Notes under the pieces: generated by a model
The model's database searches: none
Told to the model about the DNA's origin: nothing
Seen by the model: only the letters and a program-made list of their open reading frames with translations
Position numbers and translations under genes: made by a program
Shown: in pieces, positions 8,864 to 16,400 of the stretch
Numbering within the stretch: position 1 is the first letter of the stretch
Layout: every line of letters begins with the position of its first letter
NCBI GenBank assembly: GCA_008369845.1
Contig: MRSU01005936.1
Location: 62,001 to 85,076, forward strand
From: Trichomonas gallinae
Lineage: Eukaryota
Reading direction: 5' to 3'
DNA length: 23,076 bases

Positions 8864-9163
8864 TTAAAGCTCGAGTGGAGTGACCTTCTGGAAAACGATC
8901 AATGTATAATCATCGCCAGGAGAAACAAGGATTTCATAATTATCGGCACGGATACGAAGGAATGTTAAGTCGTTGGTTGGATCAAGGTCGCGAACCATGC
9001 AGCGTGCCCTCTCAATGAGCGGAGATAACTTTTCTGCAACTTTGTTCTGCTCAAACTGCTTAAGTGCTGCGTGGGTGATTTTGTTCTTGCCATCAAGAAC
9101 GAGGATGCCGTCAACGCTCTTGTTGCCGACAATTCTCTTAAGAGTCTGGTCAACTTCAGACAT
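8864..9163 (-). CDS. DYNLRB: Dynein light chain, roadblock/LC7 type
   Basis: MSEVDQTLKRI...V.GILV and ARCMVRDLDPTNDLTFLRIR...EILVSP..DYTLIVFQ are close to the roadblock consensus (VRDxDPxNDLTFLRIRS). 99 aa, with GC-rich codon usage typical of highly expressed genes. Confidence 0.96.
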   Translation of the reverse strand: MSEVDQTLKRIVGNKSVDGILVLDGKNKITHAALKQFEQNKVAEKLSPLIERARCMVRDLDPTNDLTFLRIRADNYEILVSPGDDYTLIVFQKVTPLEL

Positions 9164-9174
9164 TTATAAATAAG

Positions 9175-9179
9175 TATGA
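9175..9179 (-). promoter_or_regulatory. Initiator (TCATA) of the roadblock gene
   Basis: Minus strand CCGTTTT-TCATA-CTTATTTATAA-ATG matches the trichomonad Inr TCA(Y)(W), about 12-16 nt upstream of the ATG. Confidence 0.6.
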
Positions 9180-9193
9180 AAAACGGATTTCAC

Positions 9194-9237
9194 AAAAGTG
9201 ACACTTAACGTCACGTTTTATTACTTTTGTCACTTTT
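9194..9237. promoter_or_regulatory. Inverted pair of AAAAGTGACA motifs in the divergent promoter between DYNLRB and the NELF-A-like gene
   Basis: AAAAGTGACA at 9194-9203 and its exact reverse complement TGTCACTTTT at 9228-9237, with a 24-nt spacer. Confidence 0.65.
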
Positions 9238-9410
9238 ATTTCATTAAAGGGTCTATAATAATAAATAAGGGGTTGCGTAATTTTTTTGGGGGTTTTCATA
9301 TTTTATCAGGGGATAGTTCTCAAAATTAAATAATTAGGGGTCAAAATATTTAGCTAGGTATTAAAAACTATAAATGCAGGGTCTGAAATAGTTAGTTTGG
9401 GGCCATTATT

Positions 9411-10061
9411 ATGGCAGCGCAAATCGATGTTAATGAGACAAATAACATGCTTCTTAAACCAGATTCAACAAAAGAGGCAGCCGCGTTTTTAGATGAAGCT
9501 AAATTACCTCTAATTATTCAGCATTTTCAAGAATTTGATCCATATGTTCAAGCGATTTTCATCCAATCAATTATATATTTAAATTCCAATCAATACGAAA
9601 CTATAAAAAATTCTTATCAACAACTTTTACAAGAAGCTTCGCAATCAAAAAATGATTGGGTCCTTGCAACATACGAAATATTCAAGAATTACCCACAAAT
9701 TATGCCAACTCAGCGGATTACAACAGAAATTCCAAGATTAGATATCGAATTTGAAGAAATGAATCCATGGGCTCCTCCTCCACCTCTATCTGATGCACCA
9801 CCAGCCTTCAATACAACAATACAAATCAAATCACGCAGTGAAACTTACGCACAGAGACCAGAGCAAAGACGTCCATCCGAAGAGCATCACAGACAACAAG
9901 TGCAGCCAGTGGACACCCCTAGCATGCCTAGGAGAGAAATGCCACCTCCAGCTCGACAAGTTATCAATATTGACCTTGGTAATGGACCGGATAATTCTTC
10001 ATTCAGCAGCCACAAGAAGGAAAAGAAGGAAAAGAGTAAGATTCTTAAGATTATTCGCTGA
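9411..10061 (+). CDS. NELFA: Putative compact negative elongation factor A (NELF-A/WHSC2)-like protein, 216 aa
   Basis: Residues 23-95 align without gaps to the N-terminal domain of human NELF-A as recalled from memory (17/73 identities counted by hand, including QxAS.....WVL....I.K..P). Downstream IEFEEMN ~ LECQYLN and PPAF-6x-KS ~ PPVKHF-6x-KS. Pro/Arg-rich disordered C-half. The ORF is certain; the identity is an inference. Confidence 0.65.
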   Translation: MAAQIDVNETNNMLLKPDSTKEAAAFLDEAKLPLIIQHFQEFDPYVQAIFIQSIIYLNSNQYETIKNSYQQLLQEASQSKNDWVLATYEIFKNYPQIMPTQRITTEIPRLDIEFEEMNPWAPPPPLSDAPPAFNTTIQIKSRSETYAQRPEQRRPSEEHHRQQVQPVDTPSMPRREMPPPARQVINIDLGNGPDNSSFSSHKKEKKEKSKILKIIR

Positions 10062-10446
10062 TTTGATCATTTTTGGAAATCAAATTTTTTTTATTTATAT
10101 ATGTTTTCAATGATGTTAAAGATAAATTTATACCATATATCATAATATTTTTTGATTGAATTCTATATTTTTTATATATATTTTATAATTTCTTATACAA
10201 TTTGCATAATTTCGACATTCTATATGTGTGACATGCATATAAACCCTATACTTTCATATATTCATTAATTGTTATAGTCATTACAAGAAATCGATCAATT
10301 GATATAAATTCAAATAGTTCAAAAGAAAATTCATGGTTGATTTCAGTTAATATATATCTTGGTAGTTTTAATTCTTTATCCGAGAATATTTGAAATTAAA
10401 TTCGGTAAAAATAATGTATGTGATGACAAAACAATATTAGATACAT

Positions 10447-12858
10447 TTATTTACACAAAAATGATTCTATTCTTTCGTTAAGCATCTTCTTAAACCATTC
10501 TGACTTCAAGCACTTTCTTTGTGCTGCTTCTATAGTCTCTTGAAGCTCTTTGACGTCTTCGCTTCCATTGGTTGATTCAACAATTGAAACTGCTTCCTGG
10601 AAAACTGATTTTAGCGTCTGAGCAACTTCTTCAATCTCAGATCTCTTCGATTTCTTCATGAACGATGCCCTGACAATCTTATCGATGTTGCTTTCGTACT
10701 CTCCTTGCTTTGAAGGACGAGGCTGGTTGAATGCCTGGTAGCTGCTTTCTTCTGGAGCCTCGTCTTCTTCTTCGCCTTCTTCTTCTTCTATTGCTGTTAG
10801 ATTGTTTGCGTTTTCTTTCGCTTCCTCGAACATTCCATCGACAACTGATGACCTCATTATGCTACCGCGCATCGAATTGCGTGCTGGGCTACTTGGCGCG
10901 TCATTCAGCAAAGCCAGAACGTCCGGAAGGTTCTTCTCGCGAATGGCAGCGTGTATGGAGTCGGGGACTCTCCATAAACCGCAAAATCCTGCAAACGAGC
11001 TGACGATGAAATCACCGCTGCCGATATATACCAGATCAGTGATAAGAGAAGTCATCGCTGGAATAGAATGCAGCTGGTCACCCGAGAAGGTATCGACGAT
11101 CCTTATTGTCGAGTCGCTCATGCACGCGGCTATGAATAAACCGCTGGAGGGCTCAACGGCAACTTTAACTGGATATGATCCTATGGAAAGCTTATGAGAT
11201 CTAAAGGTGGATCCATCTGACAGCTTAAATATCTTCAGCGAGCAATCTTCGTTACATGCGGCAGCGAAGTATTTTCCGTTCGGAAGAAGAGAAAGCGAAA
11301 GAGCCGACTGAGAGATTGCCACAGAGTTCTGTCCGTTGAATATCCTTATCTCAGATATATTAGCAGCGACAGTATATCCGTCATTTGTCACTAAAATTGA
11401 ACAAACAGTTCCATTGTTGCTCATTGTAAATGTTTTCGCTTGAATCAGGCCTGTGACAGCGACTTGGAATGATATGAGCTTGCCACCTTCGGTTCCAGCA
11501 ACAACAGATTCGTTGTTTGCAGCGATTGCTGTTATTGCTTGTTTCGCTACAGCGAGTTGTTGGATGTCTTTCAGTGTCTGTCTGCTCAACACATGTACAG
11601 TACCTCTATGATCACCAGCAACAATGAAATTACCAACGGCACAGATACATCTGATTCCTGTTAAAGCAGTTTTGAAGTCTGACGGCATTTTAACGACCTG
11701 ATTGCACGCGCGCTCGCCTAGTTGATCTTTACCAATGAGTGGCTCAAGCGTTTGTATTTCCCATTGCCTAACTGTACCATCAGATCCGGCAGTTACAAGT
11801 GTTCCGTCTTTATCTGCGAAAATCGAATTCACCGGGCCACAATGGTTCGTGATAGTGAGAAGCGGTGGCTCTTTTATCTTACGAAGCCAGAATATTATGC
11901 TTCCATCAGAATATGCGGCTGAAACGATGCGTTTGCTTAAGGAAATCGCTGTAACTGACCTTCCTGTTATAGAAAATCTTCCAAAAATAACGTATTGGTT
12001 TGAATCTTTTTTAACAGCAAGAATCGATCCTGTTTCTGTACCAATGAGAATAATTTTGTTATCTATGGCTAGAGATGTTGCTTTTACCTTGAATTCTACT
12101 GGAACAATCGAAAATTTTGGCATTCTTAATTTTGTATTTTGAGCGCAAATATAACCTGCACGTTCATAGATAACCAGTGTGCCATCATTTGTCAGGCACA
12201 GTGCGTCATTTGGCTCATTTGGATTCACAGCTGATGAAACGAATATTCTGTCTTTAAATTTAACTTTAGCACCACTACGTGATTGAAGAATAACTGGTTT
12301 ATCGTCTGGTTTATTTTCTAGGCGTGGTTGTATGTTTATAAATCGCAATAATTTTTCTCCCGAAACAATTACAAGTTTTCCATCAAATGATATGTGCATA
12401 TGACGTGGTATTGAAGATAGGTGATAATAGCCAATAACACTTGGCTTTGGTGTTGTTAAATCCCAAAGATATAAGAATGGCTTTTCTTCGCTATCGATTT
12501 CTACCAATGTTTTGGCTTCTGAGGTAAGTCCTATATGTGAAAATCCGTTTTGTGCTGTTTTAATTGGATATTTTCCTATAATTTTGTCGAAAGTTTCTGA
12601 AAATGTAACAACCCAAATGCTACTGTTCGGTCCTGTCTCAGCAATAGCTAAATCAGCCCCGCTTGGTGAGAAAGACAGTGCTGTAATCTCGCGAATGCTT
12701 TGATCTACGACATAATCGTATCGAACTTTGCTTTTTGGTACGAATATTGACAAAACACCTCCACAGGCTGTTGCAGTAACGCCTGATTTCGAATAAGACG
12801 TGAAAACAGAAGGCGAAATAATTCCGGAACCAACAACTTTCTCAAGAAAAGGTTCCAT
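10447..12858 (-). CDS. WD40-repeat protein of the WDR62/MAPKBP1 family
   Basis: LEKVVG, ITALSFSPSG..LAIAETG, LVTAGSDGTVRQW, GIRCI.....IVAGDHRGTVHV and KVAVEPSSGLFIAACMSD..I.I.D.FSG occur in the same order as the WDR62/MAPKBP1 motifs (LEKVLG, ITALAFSPDG...TGESG, FITCSSDNTIRLW, GIRSV...LASGDRxG, KVxxDPSGxYIATSCSD). Acidic and helical C-tail. The stop overlaps TAAA. Confidence 0.82.
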   Translation of the reverse strand: MEPFLEKVVGSGIISPSVFTSYSKSGVTATACGGVLSIFVPKSKVRYDYVVDQSIREITALSFSPSGADLAIAETGPNSSIWVVTFSETFDKIIGKYPIKTAQNGFSHIGLTSEAKTLVEIDSEEKPFLYLWDLTTPKPSVIGYYHLSSIPRHMHISFDGKLVIVSGEKLLRFINIQPRLENKPDDKPVILQSRSGAKVKFKDRIFVSSAVNPNEPNDALCLTNDGTLVIYERAGYICAQNTKLRMPKFSIVPVEFKVKATSLAIDNKIILIGTETGSILAVKKDSNQYVIFGRFSITGRSVTAISLSKRIVSAAYSDGSIIFWLRKIKEPPLLTITNHCGPVNSIFADKDGTLVTAGSDGTVRQWEIQTLEPLIGKDQLGERACNQVVKMPSDFKTALTGIRCICAVGNFIVAGDHRGTVHVLSRQTLKDIQQLAVAKQAITAIAANNESVVAGTEGGKLISFQVAVTGLIQAKTFTMSNNGTVCSILVTNDGYTVAANISEIRIFNGQNSVAISQSALSLSLLPNGKYFAAACNEDCSLKIFKLSDGSTFRSHKLSIGSYPVKVAVEPSSGLFIAACMSDSTIRIVDTFSGDQLHSIPAMTSLITDLVYIGSGDFIVSSFAGFCGLWRVPDSIHAAIREKNLPDVLALLNDAPSSPARNSMRGSIMRSSVVDGMFEEAKENANNLTAIEEEEGEEEDEAPEESSYQAFNQPRPSKQGEYESNIDKIVRASFMKKSKRSEIEEVAQTLKSVFQEAVSIVESTNGSEDVKELQETIEAAQRKCLKSEWFKKMLNERIESFLCK

Positions 12859-13454
12859 TTTGTTTTTTTTTTATCTTGAAAAATTCACTAAATTACTCAT
12901 TATTGGATATGTTTAAGATTGGTAAAGAAATTAGTACAAGTTAACCGAGGAATTTTCGAGAAAATAGAGATTTTTAGTTTATCTCGCTATGTAATGACTT
13001 TTACTGCTTCATTGTAACGCAACATAAGCCTAAATTTTCGTTTTCTATCTAATCATTGTATTTTTTCTGAATTTGCTTCGTTTTTTATTTTTTCAGATCA
13101 TATCATTGCTTTATTTCATATATTTCATAACTTATCATCTATTTGAGCAACTAAATATAACCATAAGGTCAGAATATGGTGTTGTCGGTGAAATACATTT
13201 CTACAATGTTTTTTACATAAAACTCATCAAAAATTTCACGCATGATGTTGGCTATGATGTTATCTCGTCAAATATCAACATATGAAACAGCAATATCATC
13301 ATACTAGCGCATATTCGATTACCAAATAATTTTTTAGCGTTGATGTTGAGCAAAAACTAAAACTACTTTGTCATAGATAATCTTTATAATATCATAACCC
13401 TTTGAAAAGCCAAAAATTACAGAACACAATTACGAAAATCTATAAAAACAACAT

Positions 13455-16400
13455 TTACATAAAATTAACAAGATATATTTTCTGAATGGAATTCAAAATC
13501 TCTTCTTCAAACATGAGTTTCTCCAATTCTGGTGAATCGTCATCATCAAGGAAGAATGTGAACTTCTCGTACATTGTGTCGCACTTGTACCCAATTCTTT
13601 CTGCTGCAAGAATAAACATTCCGATTGCTGTGTGTTCTTCCTCCATGTCAGCAAGCTTGTTACTGTATGTAGACTCAAACTCCATTGCATATTTTAGAGC
13701 CACTTCACGTGGGGCGGCAATAGCAAGCAGAAGAACGAGATACGAGTACATAGTCACCGTTTTCAGTCCAGTGTCGTACAAAATAGTGTCAACGTGCCTC
13801 TTCACTACCCATTGCTGCAGTTGTTCTATCAAAATTTTGACGAGCTCTGTGTCGATCAATTGGTTGTTCTCGTCGACTCTCACGTGGAATCTCAGCTCCT
13901 TTGCAGTGATCTTGAGAATGTTCTGCCTTTCACGCTCCAATGCATTCAGTCTGAATGGATTTGAACCAAGTTTTATCGTTCTGTCAAATATCTGAACAGA
14001 GCTGACAAAAATCAACTGAAAGGCTGAAGCTGCAAATTTCCGGAAGTTTTCGACATGTTTTCTCTCAGCAGGGAAACTTTCGTATGCAGCCAAAAGCATT
14101 CTGCTCTTTGCCTCGAAAAGGTCAACTTTTAAGTGCCTGGAAATAATCTCGAGCATTCCCAGTGCTTTGTTTGTTGGCTCGAAATCTCCGCGAGTGCAAG
14201 AATCGCTTAAAACGCAGCTCGTGATCTGTCTGAAAGCTGTCAAGGCATCTCTGCTGTTCTCATATCCACTCCGGCACAGAATAATGACCCAGTACGGCCA
14301 GAAAGGAACCTTCTTGATCAAGTCGCATGAAGAAGGAAAAGCCACCATGCATGGAATCAGTTCTTCGACGGCCAATTTAACTGTTTCTCTTGGCGTCGCG
14401 GTAGAAGCAGCAGCGAACAAAGGGAAGAAGTAATGTGCTGTCACCGGCCTGTTGTTTTGTTCGCCGTTTGCTGCAGATGATCTTCTCCTTATCGCTCCGT
14501 TGGAAACTGACGGAATTCCAAGCATGTAGTCGAACGAATCAAAGAATATTTCTGTCGCGTTAAACTTAAGTTCGTCCATTGATTCCGTGAGGCTTAACAC
14601 GCTGCTCATCACGACATCATCGCTCGTTCCAGATATTTCAGCACCGAGCTTGAAGCACCTCAAGGCAGGAATGTGTATTGCTGTGTCTGAGTTGTGCATG
14701 AGTGGAAGGAAAGGCGTCGCGAATCCTCTTTGTTTAAGCATGTTCACCATGTGAGGCGATCCACTCTCCATGAGCTTTATCGAGTATTCGAGCGCCAGCA
14801 ACAGTATTTCGTGGTGTGCTGGACTCATGACTAGATCAAGCAAGACAGATACATGGTCTTCGACGCCTTTTTCAGCGATGTTTCTCAGGAATAGTTTGAT
14901 TAAACTTAAAACTACAGCAGGGCATTTTTCGTTTTTGGCGGGAGTCAATTGGTTGATGAAATCGACAATGAAAGGATGATTGAGGACGCCCATGATAATA
15001 TCTGGCTCATTGATTGTGATTTCTGTCAAAACAGACACGCAAAAAGTCACTGCGTCAGGTGTTATTGCTTTGTGAACTTTAGGGTTCATCCACAGCCATC
15101 TCAAACAGTCTATTTTTGTTCTCTCGAGCCTCAGCATCTTGAGAATCTTAAACAATGACACGAAAATGGACTCATCTAAAGGTCTTCCTAGTTTCACGAG
15201 ATTCGATGAGATTTCCATGAATCCCTGCATGTCGCTGAAAGCTTTTTCGTTTTCAACATTGGCAGCAATGATATTTGACATGATAACAGGCAGCAGAACC
15301 AGCGGATCTTCGACGCCAAAATCAGGTCCTAAAGCTTGTGTTGCACCGAAATAAACGACGAGGAAAGAATTCCAGATTCCTTGGTTAGTGAAAAGTGTCG
15401 TAAAAGAAACTGGCTGCGGGACAAAGAATCCTTTGAGTGCTGCTTCTTGTCCGTAAGGGGAATTAATAGGTATAGAGCCAAAGTGCATGGAAACATTGGA
15501 AATATTGAAGCAGACAATCGATGATGAAAAATCGATCGAATTAAAATCAGTGCCAGGACGAATCCTTCCGAGCTGATTCCCGCTGAAAATATATGCGTTT
15601 CCTATATCAGCGAAACTCTTTTTGACTATCTTGGGGTCATTGTAAGAGCCAATATAAACACTCGTTGGCTTAGGAAACTGTGGAATTGTTCGTTTTTGTA
15701 CGTCAATTTTTTGATTATCGATGTAAAGTATTATATCATTTAAACTGAAGTATAATTCAATGTGGTACCATGAATCGTTTTCGAACTGGAAATAAAAAAG
15801 TTGTATGTTCTGTGCTTTATGCGATTTCACTGATATTGACATCAAATTGTCTTTTATCAAAATGTTCGCGTAATCATTTGGATCACCTATTGTTAATAAA
15901 GGAAAAGCTGAACCACGCGTGCTCGTTTCTGAGATTCTTATAGTGATAATGAATGTCCAGTCTGAGGCAAAAATGTTCTCTGGTAGTTGTGGAGCTTTAA
16001 TGTATGATTCTGGGAAAGATAATGAAACGTGTGTTGGCTCGCAGTTCAAATCTTGATTTGCAGATAATTTCTTGAGAAAACTCAAAACGTATAAAGGCCA
16101 GATTGTCTCTTCGCTTTGAATGCTGACTTTCATTGCAGGCAGCAGTTGAAGCATGAATGACGTAGATGGGAATTGCTCGAATAAACTCGTGACTAAATTC
16201 AAAATAATCGATGTCAAATTTTTCTCGTTACTCTGCAAGTGTGATAATCTTGACAGGCAAATAGGCATTAGTCCTCCATCGCAGCACAATAAAGCATTCA
16301 ACCTGCTGCTGCTTTCCAGCTGAAAGATCCACTCCAGGACTTCAGATTCGAACGATTTTCCTTGTATTGATTTCAGTAAAACGCTTAATATTCCGTAGTA

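Noticed and set aside
10447..13455. Downstream WD40 gene as the split-off C-terminus of the neurobeachin-like gene
   Set aside because: Its motifs are WDR62/MAPKBP1-type, it has its own AAAATG start, and no PH-BEACH sequence lies between the two genes.
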